Origin: Pristiophorus japonicus
Taxonomy: Eukaryota
Direction: 5' to 3'
DNA length: 64,000 nucleotides
Assembly: GCF_044704955.1 (NCBI RefSeq)
Contig: NC_091993.1
Location: 84,010,001 to 84,074,000, forward strand
Position 1 is the stretch's first letter, and every line of letters starts with the position of its first letter. The notes under the pieces are model-generated. The model was not told the origin of the DNA. It saw nothing but the letters and a program-made list of their open reading frames with translations, and did not search any database. Below are positions 1-12,826 of this stretch, in pieces. A program made the translations under genes and the position numbers.

Positions 1-820
1 AACATCCCTCATTATAACTGCTCAACTATCAGTGAACATGTTGATTCTGGATTCTTTTCCCTTCAATCTGTTTCAGCGAATACACTGAGGCGAACACCAA
101 AGAAGCTTATAACAAAGCAGTCTTTATTAATTGTTTCATCGGCTGGGACTTATCAAAACGAAGGAACGCTCTCCCTCAGAGTGCGCCCACTTCCCTCGGA
201 CAAGCCCCGTTACAATGTAGGGGCGCAACAGTTATACACTTTCAGTACGTAATACAATTGAAAGACATTCAGTTCACCCTATCCTTTGTGATCCCTCCTT
301 CCCTTTGTCCACTCATTAGCCGATACCTGGCCTTCCTTGCCCAATTAAATACGGGCAAGTGGTTACAGCAACTGTTTTTCACAAGGAGCTTTCTCACACA
401 TTGCTTGTAAATGTTACAATTTTACTGGCGTGACTAGTAACTAAGACCGTGAGAAAGTCTGTTAATTGTGCTGATGTTGTAATATTTGCAGTCTGACATT
501 CTTTTAGTTATTTTCCATTATTCCTTTGTTCACTTCACTGTCTCTATTGCTTATACTTTTTCACACATTCACAAACATGCCTTCAGCTGCCTGAGCCCTA
601 AGGTCTGGAACTCCCTCCCTAAACCTCTACGCCTCTCTACCTCTCTTTCCTCCTTTAAGGCGCTCGTTAAAACCTGCCTCTTTAAACAAACTTTTGATCA
701 TCCGCTTTAATTTCTTCTGTGGCTCGGTGTCAAATTTATCTGTTTGTCTGTAACACTGTTGTGAAGCACCTTGGGACGTTTTTCTACGTTAAAGGTGCTA
801 TGTAAATAAGTCATTATTAT
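1..820 (+). mobile_element. L2-type LINE 3' end, split by a solo LTR
   Basis: 578-820 reads gccttcagctgcctgagccctaaggtctggaactccctccctaaacctc...gtgaagcaccttgggacgttt...tattattat (AFSCLSPKVWNSLP motif). The same repeat recurs at ~11.8k, 18.4k, 35.3k and 63.8k. Bases 1-38 join to 578 when the LTR is removed. Confidence 0.75.
39..573 (-). mobile_element. solo LTR (535 bp), LTR retroelement/ERV-like
   Basis: TG...CA termini, 4-bp TSD aaca (35-38 and 574-577), minus-strand AATAAA (tttatt ~123) and a TATA-like motif (~233). Homologous end to end with 57968-58502. Confidence 0.8.
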
Positions 821-825
821 TACAA

Positions 826-2661
826 TAAGTTGGGCCTATACTCATTGGAGTTCAGAAGAATGAGAGGTGATCTTATCAAAACATATATGATAATGAGGAG
901 GCTCGACAAGGTGGATGCAGAGAGAATATTTCCACTCATGGGGGAAACTAGAACTAGGGGGCGCGTTTCAGAATAAGGGGCCGCCCATTTAAAACTGAGA
1001 TGAGGAGAAATTTCTACTCTGAGGGTTGTAAACCTGTGGAATTCTCTGCCCGAGAGAGCTGTGGAGGATGGGTCATAACAGGAATCACCCTGTTATCAGC
1101 CACTGGGAAGGTCATCGCTAGAGTCGTCCTCCATCGTCTTCTCCCTGTGGCTGAGGAGCTCCTCCGGCGCCACAGTGTGGATTCCGTCCACTACAGGCTA
1201 CAACGGACATGATCTTTACAGCGCGACAACTGCAAGAGAAATGTAGGGCACAGCACCAATCCTTGTACATGGCCTTCTTTGACCTTACAAAGGCCTTTGA
1301 CGCTGTTAAACGCGAGGAACTATGGAGCGTCCTCCTTCGTTTCGGCTGTCCCCAAAAGTTTGTCACCATCCTCCGCCTGCTCCACGACGACATGCAAGCG
1401 GTGATTCTGACCAACGGATCCCAATCTACATCCGGACCTGGGTCAAGCAGGGTTGCGTCGTTGCGCCAACCCTCTTCTCCACCTCACACTCAACAAGCTC
1501 CCCGCTGGAGTGGAACTAAACTATAGAACCAGTGGGAACCTGTTCAATCTTCGTCGCCTCCAGGCCAGATCCAAGACCATCGTATCCTCTGTCATCGAGC
1601 TACAGTACGCGACGACGCTTGCGTCTGCGCACGTTCAGAGGCTGAACTCGAAATCATCATCAACATCTTCACTGAGGCATATGAAATCATGGGCCTTACG
1701 CTAATTATCCATAGGACAAAGGTCCTCCACCAACCTGACCCTGCAACACAGCACTGCACCCCAGTCATCAAGATCCACGGCCCAGTCCTGGACAACAAGC
1801 AAGGGCAGACGTCAACGACAAGGTTCAACACCATTCCAGTGCACCAGGGCCATCTGAGGAAGAGAGTGTTCGAAGATCAAGCCCTCAAATCTGGCACCAA
1901 GCTGATGGTCTACAGGGCTGTAGTGATACCCGCCCTCCAGTCTGGCTCAGAGACGTGGGGCATATACAGTAGACACCTCAAATTATTGGCGAAATGCCAC
2001 CAACGATGTCTCCACAACATCCTGCAAATCCCCTGGGAGGACAGACGTTGGTGTTCTCGATCAATTCAGCATCGAAACACTGACCACACTCGACCAGCTC
2101 CGTTGGGCGGGCCATATTGGTCACATGCCTGACACAAGACTCCAAAAGCAAGCGCTCTACTTGGAACTCAGGTGGGCAGAAGAAACATTTCAAGGACACC
2201 CTCAAAGCCTCCTTGATAAAATGCAACATCCCCACCAACACCTGGGAGCCTGCGCTGAGCACCTTGAGTCTTGTTGCCAAGAGCATGCAGAAAACAAGCG
2301 CAGGCAGTGGAAGGAGTGTGCGGCAAACCAGACTCCCCATCCACCCTTTCCTTCAATGACTGTCTGTCCCAGCTGTGACAGAAACTGTAATTCCCATATT
2401 GGACTGTTCAGTCACCTAAGAACTCACTTTTAGAGTGGAAGCAAGTCTTCCTCGATTTTGAGGGACTGCCTATGATGATTGAATATATTTAAGGCGGAGA
2501 TAGACAGATTTTTGAGCGATAAGGGAATAAAGGGTTATGGGGAGCGGGCAGGGAAGTGTAGCTGAGTCCATGATCAGATCAGCCATGATCTTATTAAATG
2601 GCGGAGCAGGCTCGAGGGGCCAAATGGCCTAATCCTGCTCCTATTTTTTATGTTCTTATGT
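826..2661 (+). mobile_element. CR1 (HER1-like) LINE 3' fragment interrupted by an RTE
   Basis: LGLYSLEFRRMRGDLI...EMRRNF coding remnant at 826-1076 resumes at ~2480 (tgaatatatttaaggcggagatagac) and ends in the CR1 hairpin/tail ...tatgttcttatgt. Confidence 0.85.
1077..2479 (+). mobile_element. RTE-clade LINE, 5'-truncated and frameshifted RT
   Basis: ORF pieces MIFTARQLQEKC...YMAFFDLTKAFD, VKQGCVVAPTLF, TKLMVYRAVVIPAL..GSETW and a C-terminal CPSC..HLRTH motif; ends in a (TGA)n-type tail gactgcctatgatgat. Confidence 0.9.
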
Positions 2662-4020
2662 AAATTCACGGTCAATAGTTCTGAACGTGTGTTGAAAAAA
2701 AAATGTGATGTTATATTCCATGGCCACCATAGACATGAATATTGAGGAGGGCGGAGTAATGAAATTAGTTCCGGAGGGACTGAATGGCATTTCTATCTTT
2801 GCACACTGTGGACAAGGGAGGATATTAACATCATGTGTTTATAAACTGAGCTCCATATTAAAGCAATGAAAGCAATCTCCTTCCAGGCTTTTCCTTCCCT
2901 TTTAACTAATAGTAGCAAGCAATTATGTTACTTCGTTGTCAGTCTGGCATTTTGCATTAGCATCATCAATTTTGAGTCTAAGAACGGATGATCTACTTTC
3001 CTTGTTCAAGTTTACTGCAACGGAATATTAAGGGTAGTTGCTGGACTCAGGCCCAGCTGCAGTATGTATGCATGTGTCTACCCTTAGGAAATGGGGGAAC
3101 CTTGGAGGGAAACGTTATACAGGGAATTAATACCTTAAGTTGATCTGACCTTTTGAGGGAGAATTTTTTTTTTCTTCGCAAAGGATTTGGGAATGAGTTA
3201 TGTTTAAGGGCTGTGTTTTAAAGCTGTGATTTTTCTCAAGTTTATTTTGGCGCGCGTCACTTTTTTGGCGCAAGTTAAAAAATTTAAGTTTCCCCAAGCT
3301 ATGCGCCAGCGTAACTCAGTTAGTTACAATTTTTTTAGGTTAGTTTTTTTTTTGCGTCATAGGACACGTAACTTGATGTCTGCGCCAGTTTTTGTCAATT
3401 ATGTAAGTTTGCCTCCAAAAATGTTCTCCTAGGTCGGCGCATGTGACCACTCCCGAAAAACCTTCTGGTGAGTTAAGAAAAAGTGGCACACGTTGAAAAA
3501 TCGGCGCAGAAAGATGCCTTTGTATTTCAGCAAAGTTTTGGAGGGAGTCAAGAACACTTAAATATGCATAATAGAGATTTTTTTTCACCTTATAACGCAG
3601 TAAATGGAAGTTTGATGGAATTCTTGAAGTTTTCATTTTTTTTCAACTGACACGCCACCACCGAATTTCTGCAACAGGGCTCGAGGGTTGCTGCGTCGGC
3701 CGGCAGAGTCGATCCTGGGCCCGGACACGGGCTCGGTGCTTGGCTGCAAAAGAAACCCGTTTGGGGGTGGGGGGGGTGGTTGTGAGACACCTATGGAAGG
3801 CATCAGAAGCCTGCACTATGCATCAAATCAAGCTCAGGTGAGTGGGGGGCTATGGAAAGCATACGGAAGGCATCAGAAGCTTGCACTATGCAAAAAATGT
3901 AGCCCTGGGGTGGGGGGGTGTGGATTCCTGATCACTAAGCCTGCTCAGACTAGGGTGTGGTCCATACAGACCTTGTGGGGAGAGAAAACAAAGAACCGCT
4001 TGCAAAGGTAAAATTTAAGC

Positions 4021-5214
4021 ATGGGGGCAATACTGACAATGCCATACTTGCAAAGCCTTTTGCATGCTGGTGCTGCGGAGGAGATAATTGATTCGACATC
4101 ATCGCACGAGGAACTTCAGAGCATGTAGGGTGATGACAGGAGGCTTTACCCACATCGGGTATATCAAGACAGGTGTTCATACCTGCACCTGATTGATGCA
4201 GACTGTGTCAGAAGGCTGCGTTTTTGCAAAGAAGTTGGAACTGAGATCTGTGAGTTAGTAAAAGCAGACCTGCAACTTAGAAGCGTCAGGAGGACGAATT
4301 TGTCAGTTGAAGTGAAGGTTACAGCTGCACTTTCATTCTATGCATGTGGATCGTTCCAAGCTACAACTGGGAATGTGTGTGCCATTTCTCAACATGCAAC
4401 ACATATCTGCATTCGGCAGGTGACTGCTGCACTATATGCCCAGAGGAATGATAACATAAAGTTCCCCATGAGCGCCCAGGCAATGCATAATAGGGCTGTG
4501 ATCTTCTCCAAGATTGCTGGCTTCCCAAAGATACAGGGTTACATTGATTGTACCCACATCACCTTGCGAGCACCATTGGAGGATTCCAAAATGTTCAGGA
4601 ACAGAAAAGGCTTCCACTACGTTGATGTGCAGCTCGTGTATGACTACATGAATTGCATCATGTCAGTTGATGCGAGATACCCCGGGAGCATCCATGATGC
4701 GTTCATCCTATGCGAGAATGGTATATCTGCCTTGTTTCAGCAGCAGCCAAAAAGGAAGAGCTGGCTACTGGGAGACAACGGGTACAGCCTCGCCACCTGG
4801 CTCACGACACCCCTATGCGTAACCCGGACGAAAGCTGACCGGGAATACAACATGTCGCACATTGCGACGCGCAGCATAATAGAGCGAACCATTGTCATCT
4901 TGAACCAGCGTTTCCAATGCCTGGACCATTCCGGAGGCTACTTGCAATACTCCCCTGAGATTGTCGGTCAGTTCGCTGTTGTGTGCTACATGCTGCATAA
5001 CTTAGCCATCATGAGGCAGCAGCAGCTGGTAGTAGAAGACCCACCTGAGGTGAGAGTGGCTGATGATAATTATGAGGAAGATGCAGAGGATGAGGAAGCC
5101 ATGCACCTACCTGAACCCGGGGCACGACGGCGTAGGTGGGCGGGCCGTCATGCCCCTTTAATGATTGTTCGAGCCTTGCGCCAGCAGCTCATCCATGAAC
5201 GCTTCGCTGCCTGA
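4021..5214 (+). pseudogene. Harbinger DDE transposase (HARBI1-like family)
   Basis: ORF 4300-5214 has ALSFYACGSFQ, IDCTH, RNRKGFH, YPGSIHDAFIL, WLLGDNGY, TRSIIERT and YMLHN, with the D-D-E triad retained. The N-terminus from ATG 4021 (YPHRVY..SYLHL..CVRRLRF) is frameshifted. Confidence 0.9.
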
Positions 5215-5823
5215 AGGCTCAGTGGCAATTATTCCACGTGGGCCATGTTCACTGTTTGGACCTGTTCCGTAATGTTGTGTTGTGTTAATGGAACAAACGA
5301 TGGAAATGATTCTTCTTTACTTCACAAAGTTGTGTTAATAATGGAACAAATAATGTAAATGATTCAGTTATAATTTAAAATATATTTTATTCAAAAATTT
5401 AACAAACATTTGTTTGTATTGAACTTAACTTTAATAAACATATACTTGTATCAAACTTGAAATTTTTCACTTAAGATCGCTTAAAAACTTTAAGATCACT
5501 TACTAACTTTAAAACTTGCAAATTTACATCACTTACAAAAAACTTTTAATTTGAGAACAGTTACAAGAGTAACAACATCAATAATAACAGCAGCAAAGAA
5601 AGGCTGCTCCCATCACTCCTCCACCGTAATCGAAGACCGCTCGCTGCGCTTGGTCTTCATGACTCCACCACCCCTGCCTGCAGACGATGGCGCAGCATTT
5701 CTCGGGTTGGTACCAAGCTTATTCTTTCGAACATCTCGGGTGGTGCGCACTTCTTGATTGGGGGGGGCGGTGGGGGATGGGTGGTGAGGTGGAAGGGAGC
5801 CGGTAATGTGGAAGGCCCGGCTT

Positions 5824-8800
5824 ACATAGCAAATAGCTGCAGGAGTAGGAGTAGGTGCAGGATAGACAGAAAGGAAAAGGAGGTGGTTACTGGTTAAAGA
5901 GGAAATTAACCCAATAGTAAGGAAGGACATCAGCTTGGATGATGTGGAATCTATATCGGTGGAGCTGCGGAATACCAAAGGGCAGAAAACGCTAGTGGGA
6001 GTTGTGTACAGACCACCAAACAGTAATAGTGAGGTTGGGGACAGCATCAAACAAGAAATTAGGGATGCGTGCAATAAAAGTACAGCAGTTATCATGGGTG
6101 ACTTTAATCTACAGATAGATTGGGCTAACCAAACTGGTAGCAATAAGGTGAAGGACGATTTCCTGGAGTGTATTAGGGATGGTTTTCTAGACCAATATGT
6201 CGAGGAACTAACTAGAGGGCTAGCCATCCTAGACTGGGTGATGTGTAATGAGAGAGGACTAATTAGCAATCTAGTTGTGCGAGGCCTCTTGGGGAAGAGT
6301 GACCATAATATGGTAGAATTCTTTATTAAGATGGAGAGTGATACAGTTAATTCAGAGACTAGGATCCTGAACTTAAGGAAAGGTAACTCGATGGTATGAG
6401 ACGTGAATTGGCTAGAATAGACTGGCGAGTGATACTTAAAGGGTTGATGGTGGATAGGCAATGGCAAACATTTAAAGACCACATGGATGAACTTCAACAA
6501 TTGTACAACCCTGTCTGGTGTAAAAATAAAACAGGGAAGGTAGCTCAACCATGGCTAGCAAGGGAAATTAAGGATAGTGTTAAATCAAAGGAAGAGGCAT
6601 ATAAATTGGCCAGAAAAAGTAGCAAACCTAAGGACTGGGAGAAATTCAGAATTCAGCAGAGGAGGGGGAAAATAGAGTATGAGAGGAAGCTTGCTGGGAA
6701 CATAAAAACTGACTCAAAAGCTTCGATAGATATATGAAGACAAAAAGATTAGTGAAGACAAACGTAGGTCCCTTGCAGTCAGATTCAGGTGAATTTATAA
6801 TGGGGAACAAAGAAATGGCAGACCAGTTGAACAAATACTTTGATTCTGTCTTCACGAAGGAAGATACAAATAACCTTCTGGAAATACTAGTGGACCGAGG
6901 GTCTAGTAAGGAGGAGGAACTTAAGGAAATCCTTATTCGGCGGGAAATTGTGTTAGGGAAATTGATGGGATTGAAGGCCGATAAATCCCCGGGGCCTGAT
7001 AGTCTGCATCCCAGAGAACTTAAGGAAGTGGCCCTAGAAATAGTGGATTAGTTGGTGATCATTTTCCAACAGTCAGTCAACTCAGGATCAGTTCCTATGG
7101 ACTGGAGGGTAGCTAATGTAACCCCACTTTTTAAAAAAGATGGGCGAGAGAAAACGGGTAATGATAGACCGGTTAGCCTAACATCAGTAGTTGGGAAAAT
7201 GTTGGAATCAATTATTAAAGAGAAATAGCAGCGCATTTGGAAAGCAGTGACATGATCGGTCCAAGTCAGCATGGATTTATGAAAGGGAAATCATGCTTGA
7301 CAAATGTTCTGGAATTTTTTGAGGATGTAACTAGTAGAGTGGACAAGGGAGAACCAGTTGATGTGATGTATTTGGACTTTCAAAAGGCTTTTGACAAGGT
7401 CCCACACAAGAGATTGGTGTGCAAAGTTAAAGCACATGGTATTGGGGGTAATGTACTGACGTGGATAGAGAACTTGTTGGCAGACAGGAAGCAGAGAATC
7501 GGGATAAACGGGTAGCCTTTTCAGAATGGCAGGCAATGACAAGTGGGGTGCCGCAGGGCTCAGGGCTGGGACCCAGCTATTTACAATATACATTAATGAT
7601 TTTAGATGAAGGAATTGAGTGTAATATCTCCAAGTTTCCAGATGACACTAAGCTAGGTGGCGGTATGAGCTGTGAGGAGGACACTAAGAGGCTGCAGGGT
7701 GACTTGGATAGGTTAGGTGAGTGGGCAAACGCATGGCAGATGCAGTATAATGTGAATAAATGTGAGGTTATGCACTTTGGTGGCAAAAACATGAAGGCAG
7801 AATATTATCTGAATAGTGGCAGATTAGGAAAAGGGGAGGTGCAACGAGACCTGAGTGTCATGGTCCATCAGTCATTAAAAGTTGGCATGCAGGTACAGCA
7901 GGCGGTGAAGAAGGCAAATGGCATGTTGGCCTTCATAGCTAGGGGGTTTGAGTATAGGAGCAGGGAGGTCTTACTGCAGTTGTACAGGGCCTTGGTGAGG
8001 CCTCACCTGGAATATTGTGTTCAGTTATGGTCTCCTAATCTGAGGAAGGAAGTTCTTGCTATTGAGGGAGTACAGCGAAGGTTCACCAGACTGATTCCCG
8101 GGATGGCAGGACTGACATATGAGGACAGACTGGATTGACTGGACCTGTACTCACTGGAGTTTAGAAGGATGAGAGGGATCTCATCGAAACATATAAAATT
8201 CTGACAGGACTGGACAGGTTAAGTGCAGGAAGAATGTTCCCGATGTTCGGGAAGTCCAGAACTAGGGGACACAGTCTAAGGCTAAGATAAGGGGTAGGCC
8301 ATTTAAGACTGAGATGAGGAGAAACTTCTTCACTCAGAGAGTTGTTAGCCTGTGGAATTCCCTGCCGCAGAGAGTTGTTGATGCCAGTTCATTGGATATA
8401 TTCAAGAGGGAGTTAGATATGACCCTTGCGGCTAAAGGAATAAAGGGGTATGGAGAGAGAGCAGGAAAGGGGTACTGAGGTGAATGATCAGCCATCATCA
8501 TATTGAATGATGGTGAGGCTCGATCATTCAATATGATCATGGCTAATCATGCAACTTTAGTACCCCATTCCTGCTTTCTCTCCATACCCCTTGATCCCTT
8601 TAGCTGTAAGGGCCACATCTAACTCCCTTTTGGAATATATCTAACGAACTGGCCTCAACAACTTTCTGTGGTAGAGAATTCCACAGGTTCACAATTCTCC
8701 GAGTGAAGAAGTTTCTCCTCATCTCGGTCCTAAATGACTTACCCCTTATCCTTAATCTGTGACCCCTGGTTCTGGACTTCCCCAACATCGGGAACATTCT

Positions 8801-9936
8801 TCCTGCATCTAACCTGTCCAATCCCGTCAGAACTTTACATGTTTCCATGAGATCCCCTCTCATTCTTCTAAATTCCAGTGAATATAAGCCTAGTCGATCC
8901 AGTCTTTCTTCATATGTCAGTCCTGCCATCCCGGGAATCAATCTGGCAAACCTTTGCTGCGCTCCCTCAATTGCAAGAATGTTCTTCTTCAGATTAGGAG
9001 GCCAAAACTGTACACAATATTCAAGGTGTGGCCTCACCAAGGCTCTGTACAACTGCAGTAAAACCTCCCTGCTCCTATTCTCAAATCCTCTCACTATAAA
9101 GCCCAACATGCCATTTGCCTTCATGCTGTACCTGCATGCCAACTTTCAATGACTGATGTACCATGACACCCAGGTCACGTTGCACCTCCCCTTTTCCTAA
9201 TCTGTCACCATTCAGATATTCTACCGCCTTGTTTTTGCCACCAAAGTGGATAACCTGACATTTATCTACATTATACTGCATCTGCCATGTGTTTGCCCAC
9301 TCACCTAACCTGTCCAAGTCACCCTGCAGCCTCTTAGCATCCTCCTCACAGCTCACACTGCCACCCAGCTTAGTGTCATCTGCAAACTTGGAGATATTAC
9401 ATTCAATTCCTTTGTCTAAATCATTTTAAATAGCTGGGGTCCCAGCACTGAACCTTGTGGTACCCCACTAGTCACTGCCTGGCATTCTGAAAAGGACCCG
9501 TTTATTCCTACTCTTTGTTTCCTGTCTGCCAACCAGTTCTCTATCTACGTCAATACATTACCCCCAATACTATGTGCTTTAATTTTGCACACTAATCTTT
9601 TGTGTGGAACTTGTCAAAAGCCTTTCGAAAGTCCAAATACACCACATCCACTGGTTCTCCCTTGCCAACTCTATTAGTTACATCCTCAAAAAATTCCAGA
9701 AGATTTGTCAAGCATGATTTCCCTTTCATAAATCCATGCCAACTTGGACTGATCCTGTCACTGCTTTCCAAATAGGCTGTTCTTTCATCCTTAATAATTG
9801 ATTCCAACATTTTCCCCACTACTGATGTCAGGCTAACTGGTCTATAATTCCGGTTTTCTCTCTCCCTCCTTTTTTAAAAAGTGGGGTTACATAAGCTACC
9901 CTCCAATCCAGAGGAACTGATTCAGGGTCTATAGAA
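5824..9936 (-). mobile_element. CR1 LINE (minus), tail at 5824-5850 and body at 8523-9936
   Basis: Reverse CR1 tail acatagcaaatagctgcaggagtagg, RT ORF pieces at 8600-9819, flanked by a gctt duplication (5820-5823 and 9937-9940). Confidence 0.8.
5861..8522 (+). mobile_element. CR1 LINE ORF2 (APE endonuclease + RT), frameshifted, 3' tail missing
   Basis: VGVVYRPPN, IMGDFN and GKSDHNMV (APE); [24 protein letters not shown] and FPDDTKL (RT). Confidence 0.92.
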
Positions 9937-11794
9937 GCTTGGGCCTCTTCAGAGGCTGGTCAGGAGATTGGAATGGGAGTGGCAGTTGATTCTGTCAATG
10001 GGCGCGGGGTCTAGGCATGTTCACTTACTGTGGCAGCTAACTCCAACATTCCCTCCCTTATGTTCGCCGACAGTGTCTCGCCTACCTGTGTCATGCCCTC
10101 CTTCATATTGAGAAAAAGTGTGTCAACTACCTGCAACATTCCCTCCCTCATGTTCCCGGACTGCGTTCCCATTTCTCGTGAGAATGTTGTTACTTCTTCC
10201 GACAGTCCCGATACCTCATCACTCACTCCACTGATGGTGTCCAGGAGTGATTGGGTAAGGTCAATACTCTCCACACTCATTGCCGTCATCTGGACCACAT
10301 CTGTTGAATCCTGCACCTCAGGAGAGTGCAGTTTAGCTCTCCTTCACCCAGGGTGTGGCTCGCAGCATCCCAGTGGGACCCCCAGCCTCAGACTGTGGGA
10401 AATCATGGAATGTCCCACCAACACTCAAACCACTGCTCTGGGAAGGGGCTAGCACCTCAATGGGCGGCACCTGCACCTCCTCCAAAGTGAGTACAACAGT
10501 GGGGACTTCAACCATCCCCTCGACCTCACGCCCCCTGCTCTTGGTCTGGAAGGTGGGACGGAAGATGTTCTCCTCTTCAGGCTCGTACTCATCTGAATCA
10601 TCTTCTGCATCGTCAGGGTTGGCCTCAAGTTCTGCAAACTATAACAGAACAGACAAATGGTTAGCAGCAGAGAAGGGGGCAGGGTGGGTGGCATGAGTAG
10701 GCTCACAGAGCGCTGGCAGCAGACTGATTTGAAGGACCACGATGAATGATAGTATATTGCATCAACCGAAGCGTAGCTGACTGAGACATCCCCATGAACC
10801 GAAGCATGGCCATCCCACACAGTACTTAATTACCAAAGCCAGACTGTGGAATTTGCAGGACTTACTCTCTCCCTCGACTGTGGGCCCAGCTTGTGCAGTG
10901 GTGGTTGTTTTTCTCCAGGCAGGACCCATCAAAGCAGTGACCCTCTCTTCCAAGTGTATCAGTGGTGCAGATTTGCCCGGCCTCCTCCTGTTCGAGTTCT
11001 TTCTCATTTGTTGTGTGCCACCTTCTCTGCAAAGATGAAAATATAACTTTTTAGAGAGGGTGTCTTTCTGCTGGGTGGGACATACAGATGGTCACATTTC
11101 CAATGGTAATTTCATTGAAAAATGTAAATATTACTTACGCTAACTACTTGACTAAGATCCTGCCACTTCTTTTTACACTGGCTCCTCTGGGTGGTCACCA
11201 TTGCACAGTAATCTCTTGAAAGTTGGTTCCAGCGTTTCTTCATTTCTTTGGGTGGAACTTTTGTGTGACCCCTGCTGGTGTCCAGCTCCTGCCATCTGCC
11301 CTCAATCACAGTAACTAGTGCCTCCACTTCATCCTGTAAGAAATTCTTGGTCCTTGCACTGCATTGCATCTTGTATTGCAGCTCCGATTTTGCCAATGAT
11401 AATTAAAGTTCTCACACAGCACTTAAAATTCTCACACACACAACTGGCTCTTCAAAAATGGCCGATTGCAGACCGGGAACTGTATTGCGCATGCGCGTCC
11501 ATAGGAATCACGTCAAAAAGTCTTTTTTTTTGCGCATGCGCAGAAGGGACAGCATATTTTTTCGTCGCAGACATTAGGTCCCACCCCCCCACCCCCCACA
11601 AGGCTACAGGACAGGCTGCGCAATGTCAATTAAAAAAAATAGAGCGGGGAAACATGGCACGTTTATTTTTGGAACAGTTGTGGCCTCGAAAAACGGGCGT
11701 ATCTCTGGCAATACACCAAAAAACGGCTTTGGGCAAAATTGAGCCCGAAGTGTTGATTTGTTAATAGACCAGGCATTTAAGATGTTTATTATAA

Positions 11795-12260
11795 AACAAC
11801 TTGCATTTATATTGCGTCTTTAACATAGTAAAACATCCCAAGGTGCTTCACGGGTGTAATCAGACAAAAATTGAGACTGAGCCAAGGAAGGATATAGTAG
11901 GAGAGGTGACCAAATGCTTGGTCAAAGAGGTAACTTTCAAGCAGTGTCTTAAAATAGGGACGCGAAGAGGGGGTTTGGAGAGGGAATTCCAGAGCTTGAG
12001 GCCTAGACAGCTGATGACACCGCTGCCAATGGTGTGACAGAGAATGGGGAAAGCATAAAAGACCAGTGCTGGGGGAATGCAGAATTCTCGGAGGGTTGTC
12101 GGGCTGGAGGAAATGACAGAGATAGGGAGCAGTGAGGCCATGGAGGCATTTTAATATGAGGATAAGACTTTTAAAATTGAGGAGTTTGTGGATTGGGAGC
12201 AAATGTAGCTCGGCGAGCACAGGAGTGATGGGTGAACAAGACTTGGTGTGAGTTAGAATA
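11795..12260 (-). mobile_element. L2-type LINE 3' end
   Basis: Minus ORF LAELHLLPI...FKSLILILKCLHGLTAPYL...LWNSL; tail aacaacttgcatttata. Confidence 0.8.
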
Positions 12261-12647
12261 TTATAGTTAGATGAACCAGTTTATGGAACGTCATGGCTTA
12301 CAGACTACTTCAAACGGAGACATGAGCTACAGTTGATCCTTTAAGCAGATGGTGCCCTATTCACTTGGAAAATATCAGGAGATAGTTTTTTAAGATTCTT
12401 CTGCTTTGTGTTTTTTTGTCCATGTACTGAAAGGTTGGCAAAGCTCACGAGGGCATGTATGAAACACAAAATACTCAGTTCCAATCGCAAGGGGATCCTA
12501 GTGTTACATCCTTACGTTGCACTATTATATCATTAGATATTGAGCTGTACTTGTACACATGGACCACTTAAAGAAATGATCAGCACCACTGTACCTGAAG
12601 CTTGTAAGTCTCCTTCCCCCAAGCCAATATGGAGGTACCACTTTTTA

Positions 12648-12826
12648 AAATTCGTTCTTAGGATGTGGGTGTCGCTGGCAAGGTCAGCATTTATTGCCCA
12701 TCCCGAATTGACCTTGAGAAGGTGATGCTGAGCCACAGCCTTGAACTTCTGCAGACTGTGTGGTGAAGGTACTCCCACAGTGCTGTTGGGGAGGGAGTTT
12801 CAGGATTTTGATCCAGTGACGATGAG
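12648..12826 (-). mobile_element. 3' end of an older CR1/L2-group LINE family (also at 43.3k and 52.9k)
   Basis: gatgtgggtgtcgctggcaaggtcagcatttattgcccatccc...gagaaggtg...gggagtttcaggattttga; matches 52937 onward and 43303-43400. Confidence 0.7.

Larger units (their letters stand above)
5613..11369 (-). pseudogene. Harbinger Myb/SANT-like (NAIF1/MSANTD-type) partner gene, three exons, disrupted
   Basis: Exon 1 11369-11139 (RTKNFLQDEVEALV...RWNQLS...QCKKKWQDL, then GTAAGT). Exon 2 11026-10866 (ttgcag; KVAHNK*ERTRTGGG...LEERVTALMG; GTAAGT). Exon 3 from 10631 (tttgcag; acidic ELEANPDDAEDDSDE), interrupted by CR1s at 5824-9936 and ending at the stop at 5613. Confidence 0.8.
3208..11746. mobile_element. 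PIF/Harbinger DNA transposon, autonomous-type and decayed, with internal CR1 insertions
   Basis: Right TIR gggcaaaattgagccc (11731-11746); degenerate left end gggct at 3208 preceded by taa. The left subterminal sequence aligns with the MITE at 13099. Contains a transposase and a convergent Myb/SANT gene. Confidence 0.8.

Noticed and set aside
4300-5214. Domesticated host HARBI1 gene
   Set aside because: Lies within TIR-bounded transposon sequence with a Myb partner and has a frameshifted N-terminus.
5613-6548. 311-aa minus-strand ORF as a novel gene
   Set aside because: Mostly antisense of CR1 ORF2; only the last ~70 codons belong to the Harbinger Myb gene. Similar shadow ORFs occur at 49279, 55043 and 55895.
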